Shown here piece after piece: positions 39,833 to 49,803 of a stretch of DNA of 64,000 nt. The stretch spans positions 1,612,890 to 1,676,889 of the forward strand of contig CBDFGD010000002.1 of assembly GCA_965246965.1 (NCBI GenBank). Direction: 5' to 3'. Every line of letters begins with the position of its first letter. The first letter of the stretch is position 1. The notes beneath the pieces are model-generated. The model ran no database searches. It was not told where the DNA came from and saw only the letters and a program-made list of their open reading frames with translations. Origin of the DNA: Vicinamibacteria bacterium. GTDB lineage: Bacteria > Acidobacteriota > Vicinamibacteria > Fen-336 > CBDFGD01. A program made the position numbers and the translations under genes.

Positions 39833-40687
39833 GTGGCCGATCTCGCGCGGCTCGGGTTCGAGCGACGGCGCGGCTCGCCCGGCCTGATTCGGGCGGCAGC
39901 GTGGTATCTGACCGCAGCCGTGACCACTGCCCTGCTGTACCTATCTCAGGCCGGCTACGTGATGCACTATCTCGGTACCGGAAACCTGGCGGGGCGGCAC
40001 TTCCTGAAGCTGTCTGCCAGGTTCGCGTGGCAGCTGGCGGCGCGCTGGACGGTGGGCGACAACTGGGTCACCGTACCGGTTCTGCTCGCCTTTCTCGCGG
40101 GCGTCATCGCGATCCTGACTCGCCAGCGCGACGCGTACGCCCTTGCCAGGGCGCCTGACGAGCGGGGCTACCGACTGGCTCGGCTGGCCCGCCGCGAGGA
40201 GCGCCTGGAGGCCCTGTCATCTAGGCTCTCCCCGGCCGCGACGCTGCTCCGCTTCGATTTCGCCTACCAACCCGCCGGCCTGCTGATCTGGTTCGTCGCG
40301 CCGTTTCTGCCTTTCGTTGTGATTCCGTTCAGCAAGTTCTTCGATATCCGGTTCGTCATCGCCGCGCTGCCACCGTTCCTGTTGGTGAGCGCAACGGGCC
40401 TCGTCCACCTGGGACGGTGGGCGGCGGGCCTGGCTTCAACGCGCCAAGCGGACGCGAGGCGTCAGTCGTTGCTCCGTGTCGGGGTCCCAGCGCTGTTGAG
40501 CCTGGTGATCGTGTGCGCCAGCTCGCGGTCTTACATCGTGTTTCGAAGCACGGACTATCGGTGCAGCGACTTCTTCGCGCAGCCAGAACTCCTGTCCCGA
40601 AACGACGGCTTTTGCCGCGACCACATAATCCTCAACACGATCTACTCAGAGCACCGCTTCTTGCTGCGTCCGGCCCGTAACCCCTGA
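39833..40687 (+). CDS. Hypothetical polytopic membrane protein (start uncertain)
   Basis: At least 6 strongly hydrophobic helices. No confident start codon. The open frame overlaps the ArsR fragment in antisense, so the start must lie after 39778. Confidence 0.3.
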   Translation: MADLARLGFERRRGSPGLIRAAAWYLTAAVTTALLYLSQAGYVMHYLGTGNLAGRHFLKLSARFAWQLAARWTVGDNWVTVPVLLAFLAGVIAILTRQRDAYALARAPDERGYRLARLARREERLEALSSRLSPAATLLRFDFAYQPAGLLIWFVAPFLPFVVIPFSKFFDIRFVIAALPPFLLVSATGLVHLGRWAAGLASTRQADARRQSLLRVGVPALLSLVIVCASSRSYIVFRSTDYRCSDFFAQPELLSRNDGFCRDHIILNTIYSEHRFLLRPARNP

Positions 40688-40790
40688 GGAGCGACGCTCG
40701 AGCTCGTTCCCAGTGCCGACCACAACGACGTCGTGGGCGCCGTGGAACCCGGCTACAGCCGGCTCGCTCGGCTACGAATGTAGAGAGCAG

Positions 40791-41034
40791 GAGGTGATTC
40801 AGACGTTGCCGGGTGGCGTCGGCGACCTACTCGACGACCTCGCCCAGCAGGTCTCGGACTCGGTGATGCCGGCCCTGCGCGGCATCTCGCGTCGCATCGA
40901 GGGCTCGGACGACAAGGTCGACCGCCGCGCCCGCACCGAAATCTCCAAGGCGCTCAAGCAGCTCGACCAGCTTCGCGATCTCGCCGGCGCGCTGCGGCGT
41001 CTGGACACGCGAAGGATCGGCGAGGAAAGCTAGC
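40791..41034 (+). pseudogene. Orphan copy of the giant-gene 3' end (repeat copy 2), embedded in ORF 40713-41033
   Basis: About 18 nt differences from copy 1 but only 1 amino-acid difference (G to R) over 77 codons. Homology starts abruptly at GAGGTGATTCAGAC. Confidence 0.7.
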
Positions 41035-41394
41035 GGGCGAACCTCGTAGCGACTGCGTCGAGTCGAGTTGACGCCGCTACGCCGCCCGAGAATCGGGGGG
41101 CCGCTCATCTAGTTGCCGTTTCTCGAGCGGACGGTGTGGGTCGTCGGTGACGACGCCGTCATAGCGGCGGCGAGTGGGTCGTTCTACCGCGACGGCGAGC
41201 TACTGGCGCCGGAGGCGTACGGTGGACGGCTGGCCGAAGCCGAACAGCTGATGAGACTGTTCACCAGGCGTTAGCGGCAGGGGTCTCGTCGGGCGCGGCT
41301 GGCCTGCCAGCCGGCCGCGTATCGTCCTCGCGATCCCAGGAAGACATCGCTCTATCCGACTCCTCGAGGTTTTCTAAGCTTGTATCGCCGATCA

Positions 41395-41796
41395 CTACCC
41401 GAAGCGCGAGTGGACCAGGATCGTAACGCTGGCGCTGGCAACCGCGCGATTCGCCTTGTGCAGGATCAGGCGAACGCGGTGGTTGCCGGCGTGCCGGTAC
41501 ACGTGATACGCCGTGAAGTGGCGCTGCAGCTGATCCCCGGGCTCGAAGGGTGGACAGTCGGACTCGACGGCGCTGCGGCTGCCATCTCCCCAGTCCCAGA
41601 CGAGCCCCGGGCAGTAGTACTCCTCGAGGTCGTCGCCACCCTCCAGCTCTGCCACGACGAAAACGTCGATGGGCGAGAACGCCACCCGTCGCGCCGTTCT
41701 GAGGCTGAGGCGCGGTTCGTCCGCGTCGGCATCGCTGCCAGCCGTCGAGGGTAACAGGAGGGCGAGTCCCACAAGCATGCTCACCGCGGACCTCAT
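41395..41796 (-). CDS. Hypothetical small secreted protein
   Basis: Signal peptide and a 133-aa Cys-containing Asp/Glu-rich domain. No recognisable family. Confidence 0.3.
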   Translation of the reverse strand: MRSAVSMLVGLALLLPSTAGSDADADEPRLSLRTARRVAFSPIDVFVVAELEGGDDLEEYYCPGLVWDWGDGSRSAVESDCPPFEPGDQLQRHFTAYHVYRHAGNHRVRLILHKANRAVASASVTILVHSRFG

Positions 41797-42334
41797 GCAA
41801 CCCCCTCTCGCCGCCTCGCACGGCCATCATCCGGTCGTTCCTTCTTGCGCGAATCACATCGGCAATCCGCGATCGGCGGGAATCGCCGGTGTCGATCTCC
41901 CGCCCAATCGTTGTAAGTGCAATACGCATTCCCCGGGCCGAAAGGCCGTGAGCCGGATCACCCGGCTCAGTGATCAAGCTGCTTTCTGCCTCAGGGGGAA
42001 GGAGTTAGGCCGGCAAGGATGTGGTGCTACGGCCTCGGGAATCGCGGGCCTCCGCCGGCGGCACGACAGCCTCGGTGTCGAATGACCTCAAACCGGTCAA
42101 CTTGTGTCGTGCCGATGCTGAAGATCGCTTCGTAAAGCGGACCCGGTTTTCTTGGACACGAAACTAGGGAAAGTCATCTTGTTCAAGGAGACTCGATCGA
42201 TGAAGCAGGTCAGGCGCAAGAGGTCTGAGAGGAAGAAGGGGGTGGGCGAGACGGAGGGAGCCCGGAGGGCGACCGGAGTTTCGCCCACCGGCGGCGCGGT
42301 GGTGGGCGCCTTGGGTCCCGGGCAGCGTTGAAGC

Positions 42335-42613
42335 GTGGTGCGCAAGCGGGAGGTCGCACTGCGGCTGCTGCGCGGGGAGTCACTCGAAGCGCTGTCTCGT
42401 GAGCTGTCCGTGGAGATGCACCGGCTGCAGCGCTGGCGTGATCAAGCCATGGCCGGGATCGACGAGTCGCTGCGGGAGCGCAATGGCGACCCGCTGAAGG
42501 TGGAGCTGGACGCGGCGGTCAAGCGGGTGGGCGAGCTCAGCATGGAGAACGAGCTGTTGCGGAAGAAGATCGGGGCGGCCCGCCCTTTGGCCTTCGGGAG
42601 GTCGCGGCGATGA
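42335..42613 (+). CDS. IS3-family transposase OrfA (HTH / leucine-zipper)
   Basis: 92-aa basic protein with an HTH-like N-terminus and a leucine-zipper-like heptad C-terminus. GTG start. Confidence 0.7.
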   Translation: MVRKREVALRLLRGESLEALSRELSVEMHRLQRWRDQAMAGIDESLRERNGDPLKVELDAAVKRVGELSMENELLRKKIGAARPLAFGRSRR

Positions 42614-43503
42614 GTGCGGCGATCTCCCCTGCGACAGGCCGGGCCTACGGGGTGGAGCGGGTGTGCCGGGTGTGGAAGCTGGCCCGCTCGAGCTACTACT
42701 CCCAGCTCGGCGAGGCGGCTCCCGAGATGGTCCGCGCTGGCCGACGTGGTCCCAAGCCCAAGGTGTCTGACGAGGAGCTGTTGCGGCTGATCCGAGAGGA
42801 CCTGGCGGCCTCGCCGTTCGTAGGAGAAGGACATCGCAAGGTCTGGGCGCGGCTCAAGGTGCTGCGCCAGGTGCGCGTGTCGCGCAAGCGGGTGCTGCGG
42901 ATCATGCGTGAGCACCACCTGCTGTCGCCGCGTCGGGTACGCCAGGGCGAGGGGCTGCTCCACGAGGGGACGATCACAACCGATGCGCCCAACCTGATGT
43001 GGGGGACGGACGGGGCGAGAGTTCTCACGGCAAAGGACGGCTGGGGCTGGATCTTCGTCGGCGTCGAGCACTTCAACAGCGAGTGCGTCGGCTACCACGT
43101 GTGCAAGAAGGGGACGCGCTACGAGGCCCTCCAGCCCATCGCCATGGGGCTGACGCAGCTCTTCGGCTCGGTCGAGGCGGGTGTGGCTCGTGGCCTCGAG
43201 CTGCGCATGGACCACGGGACGCAGTACCTCTCGGACCACTTCCTCAACCAGCTGCGTTTCTGGGGCATCACGCCCAGCTTCGCCTTCGTCGAACAGCCGC
43301 AGACCAACGGAGTGGCCGAGCGTTTCATCCGGACTCTCAAGGAACAGATCATTCATGGCCGCGTCTTCCACACCCTCGAGGAGGTGCGCCAGGCCGTGGC
43401 TGCCTTCGTCAAGCGCTACAACCAGCAGTGGCGCGTCGAGAAGCTGGGATTCCTCACCCCGCGCGAGGCCCGCGACCAGCACGGCCAGGGAAAGGCCGCG
43501 TGA
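42610..43503 (+). CDS. IS3-family transposase OrfB (rve integrase core, DDE)
   Basis: Integrase-core motifs (…WGTD…, …HGTQY…, …NGVAERF…). -1 frame relative to orfA with a 4-nt overlap. Confidence 0.8.
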   Translation: MSAAISPATGRAYGVERVCRVWKLARSSYYSQLGEAAPEMVRAGRRGPKPKVSDEELLRLIREDLAASPFVGEGHRKVWARLKVLRQVRVSRKRVLRIMREHHLLSPRRVRQGEGLLHEGTITTDAPNLMWGTDGARVLTAKDGWGWIFVGVEHFNSECVGYHVCKKGTRYEALQPIAMGLTQLFGSVEAGVARGLELRMDHGTQYLSDHFLNQLRFWGITPSFAFVEQPQTNGVAERFIRTLKEQIIHGRVFHTLEEVRQAVAAFVKRYNQQWRVEKLGFLTPREARDQHGQGKAA

Positions 43504-43992
43504 ACCTCGAGGTCATCAAAGAGGGGCTACCCCAGGTATGGACTCACCCCGCCGCGTCGATCCTGGGGCATCCTCGTGCGTCGTTTTCGGGATCGTCTGC
43601 CAAACGAACCCGAGATCGTCAAACTGGTGTCCAAGAAACCGGGCGTGGTACATGAAGATCGCTTCGCGCTGCCGCGTGGAGGGGGGAGGCCCGGGCATGC
43701 GCGTCAATCCGCATCCGCACCTCCACCCCCTCGTTCCTCCGCGTCCCCTACGTGGATCCGGCTGTCGCGCAGCGCATCTTCCAGCACAAAATCCTCGCTC
43801 TACTCGAGCGCGAGGCACGGATCACGCCCGAGCGTTTCGCGCGACGGGAGCACCTGCGGTCTGCGGGCATTCCTCCCGAATCATGCGGAGCTTCCTCCCG
43901 GTGAGCGCCGACTGCGCTCCCTTGCTGAGACGCGCAAGCTCGGCGCGGCCCGGCACGCGTCTTGGAGGAAGCGTGGTCCGAGGGAGGAGGAC

Positions 43993-45189
43993 ATGGACCT
44001 GACACTGCCGTTGGGAACGTTGCTGCTGGCCGCGACGCTGGCGAGCGCCCTGGTGCCCCCGAGCCGGAAGCTGGCGCGTTGGGCCGGCGCCCTGGACGCG
44101 CCCGGTCACCGAAAGATCCACGCCAACCCCACGCCGCGGATGGGCGGCATCGCCGTCTTCGCGGCGTTCGCCGGGGTAGCCATCGGCGGCTATCTGCTCG
44201 TTCCGGCGCTGCAGCGCCTCGACGGACTCGGCGAGAGTCTCGGGCCAGCCGTCGCCGCTCTCGCCGAGGCCCACCGCATCGAGGGCCGGCTGGTGGCGCT
44301 GCTCCTGGGCGCCGCGGTCGTCTTTGGCGTCGGCGCGCTCGACGACGTGGTCGGCGTGCGCTTTCCGGCACGCCTGAAGGCCCTCGGACAGCTGTTCGCC
44401 GCGCTGATCCTGGTGATCGGAGGCGGCGTCACGACCTCGTTCCTGCCCTACGCCTGGATGAACGTCGCGCTGTCGCTGCTGTGGGTCGTTGGCATCACCA
44501 ACGCCTTCAACCTGCTCGACAACATGGACGGCCTCTCGGCGGGCGTGGCACTGGTCGCATCGGTGATTCTTCTCGGCAGCGCCTCCCTGCGCGGCGAGTA
44601 CTTCATCGCGCTGGTTCTCGCGGCGTTCATCGGCAGCCTCGCGGGCTTCCTGTTCTTCAACTTCAAGCCCGCCTCGGTCTTCCTGGGGGACTGCGGCAGC
44701 CACTTCGTAGGCTACATGATGGCGTCGCTGACACTGCTCGAGCGCTACGTGTGCGACGCCTCGAGCACGCTGTTCCCTGTGTTGATGCCGCTGGTGGTGC
44801 TGGCGGTGCCGATCGCCGACACCGCCAGCGTGGTCGCGCTGCGGCTCTACGAGAGGCGTCCGATCCACGTCGGCGACAGCCGCCACCTCTCGCACCAGCT
44901 CGTGGCGCTGGGCTTCTCCCAACGCGGCGCGGTGCTGCTCCTGTACCTGGTGACGGCGAGCTTGGGCCTGGGCGCCTTTTCGCTTCCCGACGCCACGCCC
45001 GTGCAGGGGCTTGCGCTCCTGGTTCAGGTGACGGTTCTCGTCAGCCTGACCATCGCTCTCGTGCTCGGGCCGACTGCCCGCGCCGCATGCGCCCGCCCGT
45101 CGCCCCCCCGCCAAGAGCGGGAGCCGGCCTCCCCGCAGCCTTTCGTCGCGCGCAGCCCCGGCGTCTACGCCCCCTTGTCTCTCACCTAG
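43993..45189 (+). CDS. Polyprenyl-phosphate N-acetylhexosamine-1-phosphate transferase (WecA/MraY GT4 family)
   Basis: About 10 transmembrane helices, an NAFNLLDNMDGL motif (DDxxD-like Mg site) and a VFLGDCGS block. ATG at 43993 preceded by GGGAGGAGG. Confidence 0.8.
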   Translation: MDLTLPLGTLLLAATLASALVPPSRKLARWAGALDAPGHRKIHANPTPRMGGIAVFAAFAGVAIGGYLLVPALQRLDGLGESLGPAVAALAEAHRIEGRLVALLLGAAVVFGVGALDDVVGVRFPARLKALGQLFAALILVIGGGVTTSFLPYAWMNVALSLLWVVGITNAFNLLDNMDGLSAGVALVASVILLGSASLRGEYFIALVLAAFIGSLAGFLFFNFKPASVFLGDCGSHFVGYMMASLTLLERYVCDASSTLFPVLMPLVVLAVPIADTASVVALRLYERRPIHVGDSRHLSHQLVALGFSQRGAVLLLYLVTASLGLGAFSLPDATPVQGLALLVQVTVLVSLTIALVLGPTARAACARPSPPRQEREPASPQPFVARSPGVYAPLSLT

Positions 45190-45300
45190 CCGCCAGGACG
45201 GCTCTTGCTCGCGAGTCGGGCACGGAACGAAGCGCTTGGACCAGATGAAGCATGGGCCGTCGGGAGCTGCCGGCGGCCCGTCCGCCCCGCCGCGGCCTTG

Positions 45301-45714
45301 TCAGCCGAGTGTGACGACGACCTGGTCGCCCTGGATCCGGGCCGGGTAGGTCTGCAGGCTGCGCGTCGCTGGTCCGTTGACGACGCCGCCGGACGTCGTG
45401 AATCGGGACCCGTGACACGGGCAGTCCAGCGTCGTCCCTGCCGCACCCGGCAGAAGCACCGTGCAGCCCTGGTGGGTGCAGACCCGAGAGACGGCGACGA
45501 CCATGCTCTCCGTGACACGCGTCACTGCGAGAGGACGGTCGCCATCGAATACCGGCGCCGTTTCGCCCACGCTCATCAAGGAAAGACGCAGCGTACGAGC
45601 CGCGGCGTCGGACGGCAACAACGGGCCCGTAGGAGAAGCCCCACCGCCGCGGCCCAGGCCGGCCGCGGCGGTGGCGGTCAGGGCTGCCTTTACGAACACG
45701 CGACGCTGGGACAT
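45301..45714 (-). CDS. Rieske (2Fe-2S) domain protein with Tat signal
   Basis: Twin-arginine SQRRVFVK in the N-terminus. Rieske boxes CTHQGC…CPCHGS. Confidence 0.7.
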   Translation of the reverse strand: MSQRRVFVKAALTATAAAGLGRGGGASPTGPLLPSDAAARTLRLSLMSVGETAPVFDGDRPLAVTRVTESMVVAVSRVCTHQGCTVLLPGAAGTTLDCPCHGSRFTTSGGVVNGPATRSLQTYPARIQGDQVVVTLG

Positions 45715-45750
45715 GCGCTCCACCCCTCGTTCAGACTTGGACCTTCGCAC

Positions 45751-47273
45751 GCTAGGAGTCTGCGCGGCAGTAGTTCAGCCCGGGTGTGTCATCGTGCCTT
45801 GTGACCCGAGAGATCATCTTGCCTGGGCTAAACGGCAGTAGTGGGCTCGCGGACGAGTGCTCGCGAGGGAGGACGGGCGGATCCAAGGCCGGGTGGTGGT
45901 CATACCCAGACCATCTTCCGATTGAGTCTCCTGAGGTTGAGCGCCAAGCAAACGAGATTCCACTCGGCGCTGGTTTTCTCAAGCCCTCGAAGGCTGAAGG
46001 ATTGGAAACCAAGCACAGCCTTGATCCATCCGAATGGCGGTTCGCCGAGTTTGCGCCGCTTGTACCACTTGCGACCACGTTTCGTCTTGAGCTTCGCCTT
46101 CATGCGGAGCGTCGCTTCGAGCTTCGAATTCGACGTTGGTGGAGAGTCTTTCTTTTCTCTCCCCAGAGCCACGAAACCGTCGATTCCGGTACGTTCCAAG
46201 TGCAGTAGGTTCTTTTCGGAACGGTAGCCGGCATCGGCCAGGGCACGCTTGGGCTTCTCACCGGTGTTGGCTTGAGCCGTTTTCAGCATCGGCTCGAGCT
46301 GACCGACATCCGCAGCGTTGTTGGTCAACCCGGTCGCAACGATCAGCTGCGATTTCTCGTCGACGGCGGCTTGGGCATTGAAGCACTGCTGGTAGCCACT
46401 CGAATCCTTCATGATGCGGCTTTCGGGATCGGTGAAGTTGTCCTGCTTCTTGTCCGGAGGTACGCCAAATCTCCTTTTGAACTTTGGCCCTCGCTTCGAT
46501 TCCTTGTCATCCCCTGGCCGACGTCCGGCCTGCTGATCTTCTTCCTTCTGACGGGCCTCCAGACGTGCCTTCGCTGCTTGGATTTTCTTGAGCCGTGAAT
46601 CTCGGCGCGCCAGCTCTTCTGGCAGTTCGTCGCCACGAAAATCAGGACCAAACTCGACGTCTTCCGCAGCATCTTCTTGTTTCGCAAGAGCGGTGATAGC
46701 CCGAATCTCTCGACGGAGCTGTTTCTCCGTTTTCTTCATACGCTCGTAGCTCATCGCCTTGTGCTTGCTGGCATTCGCCTTGACCTTCGTTCCATCCAGA
46801 ATCAACGTCCCAAGCTTGACCAAACCCACTTCTTGAGCCAGACGCACGACTTGGACGAATACAGATCGAAACTGGGACAAATGGTCACAACGGAAATCAC
46901 TGATCGTCCGGTGTGCCGGGAAATTGCCTCCGCTCAAATAACGGTATGCGACATCCTCTTCCAGCTTCTTCGCGATCCCACGAGACGAAAACGTCCCTGT
47001 CGCATAGCCGTAGATCAGAACCTTCAGCATCATTCGAGGATCGAATCGTCGGTTCCGACGTCCATCGCCCTCGTAGCGCTCGTAGAAAGCACGCACATCC
47101 ATCGCCTCCACCGTATCCGAGATGAAAAACGAAAGATGACCCTCCGGAAGCCAGTCTCGTGGATTCGACGGAAACAAACTCGATTGGTCAGGACTGTACG
47201 GACGGAAACTCGTTCCCATAACTTCAAAAACGCTCATTCACCCGATTTCGTTCCTGCCGCGCAGACTCCTAGC
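45751..47273 (-). mobile_element. IS1182-family insertion sequence, copy 1 (1523 bp)
   Basis: Perfect 17-bp terminal inverted repeats GCTAGGAGTCTGCGCGG / CCGCGCAGACTCCTAGC. Single intact transposase ORF. About 99% identical to copy 2, which lies in inverted orientation. Confidence 0.85.
45900..47237 (-). CDS. IS1182-family (DDE_Tnp_1 / DUF772) transposase, intact
   Basis: 445 aa. Conserved N-terminal block (…LIYGYATGTFSSRGIA…RYLSGG…) and DDE region. Confidence 0.85.
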   Translation of the reverse strand: MSVFEVMGTSFRPYSPDQSSLFPSNPRDWLPEGHLSFFISDTVEAMDVRAFYERYEGDGRRNRRFDPRMMLKVLIYGYATGTFSSRGIAKKLEEDVAYRYLSGGNFPAHRTISDFRCDHLSQFRSVFVQVVRLAQEVGLVKLGTLILDGTKVKANASKHKAMSYERMKKTEKQLRREIRAITALAKQEDAAEDVEFGPDFRGDELPEELARRDSRLKKIQAAKARLEARQKEEDQQAGRRPGDDKESKRGPKFKRRFGVPPDKKQDNFTDPESRIMKDSSGYQQCFNAQAAVDEKSQLIVATGLTNNAADVGQLEPMLKTAQANTGEKPKRALADAGYRSEKNLLHLERTGIDGFVALGREKKDSPPTSNSKLEATLRMKAKLKTKRGRKWYKRRKLGEPPFGWIKAVLGFQSFSLRGLEKTSAEWNLVCLALNLRRLNRKMVWV

Positions 47274-47274
47274 G

Positions 47275-48126
47275 CTCGAAAAAGACCCTGGATTCGCCCT
47301 GGCGTACACCGGCCTTGCGGAAATATGGGGAGCGCGCATGAACTGGGAACAGACGCCGCCGAGCGTTGGCATGCCCAAAGTGAGGGAGTTGGCGCTCCAG
47401 GCCATCGCTCTCGACGACTCGCTCGCCGAAGCTCACAACCTGTTGGCGAAGGCCTTCTACTACGGGGATTGGGACTGGCCGGCGGCCGAGCGGGAGTTCC
47501 GGCGAGCCATCGAGCTCAACCCCAACTATCCCTTCGCGCGCATGAACTACTCGTTGCTCCTGGGTTCCTCCAAACGCAACGAAGAAGGGATGGAACAGAT
47601 CGAGAGAGCCGTCGAATTGGACCCCCTCAATCTTCTTTGGAGAACGGGTCAGGGGTGGCAATTCATGATCTCGGATCGCTTTGGCGAGGCGATCGACGTT
47701 TTTCGGGAGACGCTGTCCGTAGGCCCCGTCATGCCAGCCCAACACTTTCTCTGGGCATCTTTGCGGCACGAAGGGAGGTTGGACGAGGCGTGGGCCGAGG
47801 GGAAGAAGACGTTCGTCCTCAGACGCGATCCGGAGGTCGTGGAAGCCTTGGACACGGGCTATCCGGAGTCGGGCTACGAGGGCGCGATGCACAAGGCGGC
47901 CGAGATCCTGGAAGATCGGTCGACGCGGGGGTACGTACAGGCGAGCATGATCGCACGGCTCTACGCCCACGCCGGGGAGGACGATCAGGCGATGGACTGG
48001 CTGCAAAGGGCGTACGAGGAGCGCGACATTATGATGACGCAGCTCGGGGTGGATCCGGACTGGGCCAGCCTCCGCGCCGACCCACGGTTTCGTGATCTCC
48101 TGGAGCGTATCGGGATTCCACAGTAG
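47275..48126 (+). pseudogene. C-terminal TPR-repeat fragment of a Ser/Thr kinase gene disrupted by IS insertion and inversion
   Basis: The frame is open from the IS boundary. …LEKDPGFALAYTGLAEIW… plus several 34-aa TPR-like repeats. It joins in-frame to the kinase fragment at 58728 once the IS is removed. Confidence 0.7.
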
Positions 48127-48179
48127 CCGAGGATCGACCCGTGACGATGGCGGCCCCAGGGAGAAAGGCAGGGAATCGC

Positions 48180-48791
48180 ATGAAGAAGGGACACACGGCA
48201 GCCGCATGCTTCCTGGCGCTGGGGTTTGGGACCATCACGTTCATTCTCTTTTTCGTCGAACCGGGAATGGGGTTCTCCGGGCCAGCCGACTTCTTCGATC
48301 CCGCGAAGGTCGTGAAGGGCAGCGCATCCCTTGCCTGGCTGGTGGGCGATCTCGTCCTTCTCGGCTTCGGCGCAGCGCTCGGGTATCTGGCCTCATCCTC
48401 CAATGACCGATACCTCCGTGCGAGCGGGCTGAGCGCCGCCGTCCTCTTTGTCTTCATCGGCTGCCTGGGGCGCGTTCTGGCCGGGCTCCCGGCCTTCATT
48501 GGGAACGCCGGCCACCTGGAGATCGCGGTGTTGGGGCTCGTCCCCGTTCGGCTCGCCGCACTCCGAACCGCAGTCCTGGCCTTCGGCTTCTTCGCCTGGC
48601 GCACCACCCGAGACAATGAGCCCGGGGAGCCGACTCCCGCCGCCTGGCGAGGCCTCGGCTATCTGGTGCTCGCCGCCAGTGCCGTCTTCGTCTTCGTCTT
48701 CGTTCCGGCGCCTCCGCTGTTCGCGATCTGGGCGGCCTGGTTCGCGCTCCGCCTGGCTCGAACGCCGAACGAGATAGATTCATCGGCCTGA
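48180..48791 (+). CDS. Hypothetical membrane protein
   Basis: Five hydrophobic helices. No recognisable family. Confidence 0.3.
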   Translation: MKKGHTAAACFLALGFGTITFILFFVEPGMGFSGPADFFDPAKVVKGSASLAWLVGDLVLLGFGAALGYLASSSNDRYLRASGLSAAVLFVFIGCLGRVLAGLPAFIGNAGHLEIAVLGLVPVRLAALRTAVLAFGFFAWRTTRDNEPGEPTPAAWRGLGYLVLAASAVFVFVFVPAPPLFAIWAAWFALRLARTPNEIDSSA

Positions 48792-48866
48792 GTCGCTCGC
48801 TGCCGATCTCGACGACCGTGTCCTCCATTCCGGCGCAGGCGCAGGAGGAGCTCCATGAAGGCGACG

Positions 48867-49700
48867 CTACTTGCCCATCCCGTCGGGGGAGCCCTTGTAG
48901 TACCGGAAGGTCTCCACGATCTTGCCGTCTCTCTCTATCAACCGGCCGCGGCGCAACTCTTCTTGGGCCTCCTGTTCTTCGGGTGCAAGCTCGGGTCCCG
49001 TGTACTTCTCCCACCCCGGGCGGGACTGGCTGACGTACCTGGTGCGGGCGCGCACCTTCCGCTCCGCGTAGTCCGTGATGTCCACCCAGGTATTGATCGC
49101 CTCCTGCGGCGTGTCGTAGAAGAGGAACTCCGGGATGCGGTGGGCCGTCAGACCCTCTTGAACGATCTGCCCCTCGAATAGGAGGCGCCACATGGCCACG
49201 CGGGTGGCATCGGCGGCGAGATAGGAGGCCGCCCGATGGTCCGACTTGTGCCAGCGCCGGTGGACGGGCCCTGAATCGAAGGCGAGCAGAACGTCGGGCT
49301 TGTGGGTGCGGATGATCCGCACGAGCTTACCGACGACTTCCATCTTGTCCGCGAACTCGAGCAACCCGTCGTCGTAGCCCAGGTTGATGTAGTGATCCTC
49401 GGGAATGCCGATATCGGCCATCGCGGCGAGCTGCTCTTGTCGGCGGATCTTCGCCAGCTCGAAGCGCGACAAGTCCGGATCCTGGGTCCCGACGTTGCCG
49501 GTCGTGATGAGCGCGATGTACACCTCGTTGCCGTGGTCCTGAAGCATCGACAACGTGCCGTGGGATCTGGAGTCGTCGTCGGGGTGCGCGCCGATCAACA
49601 GGATCGTCTTGCCGGTCCACTCCTCGACCGGCACCTCGGGCTGTGCAAGGGCTGGAGTGCACAGAAAGAGCGTTGCCAAAAGGAAGACGAATAGGGCCAT
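48867..49700 (-). CDS. PIG-L/LmbE-family N-acetylglucosaminyl deacetylase (secreted)
   Basis: Signal peptide and the zinc-binding AHPDDD motif of the LmbE-like superfamily. Confidence 0.7.
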   Translation of the reverse strand: MALFVFLLATLFLCTPALAQPEVPVEEWTGKTILLIGAHPDDDSRSHGTLSMLQDHGNEVYIALITTGNVGTQDPDLSRFELAKIRRQEQLAAMADIGIPEDHYINLGYDDGLLEFADKMEVVGKLVRIIRTHKPDVLLAFDSGPVHRRWHKSDHRAASYLAADATRVAMWRLLFEGQIVQEGLTAHRIPEFLFYDTPQEAINTWVDITDYAERKVRARTRYVSQSRPGWEKYTGPELAPEEQEAQEELRRGRLIERDGKIVETFRYYKGSPDGMGK

Positions 49701-49803
49701 CGATCACCTCCGGGGGAAACGACAAGATGCCATCGCTGCGGGCGTCCGCAACCCGTCAACGCGCTCCGGCCACTCGGATTCTCGCTCAACATGCCGTGCT
49801 TGA

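Larger units (their letters stand above)
42133..43652 (+). mobile_element. IS3-family insertion sequence (boundaries approximate)
   Basis: orfA and orfB in a -1 frame arrangement. Terminal inverted repeats CCCGGTTTTCTTGGACAC (42142-42159) and GTGTCCAAGAAACCGGG (43627-43643). Both sides are flanked by a direct 14-mer TGAAGATCGCTTCG (42119-42132 and 43653-43666). Confidence 0.7.

Noticed and set aside
43822-45114. 430-aa minus-strand ORF
   Set aside because: Antisense to the WecA-like transferase.
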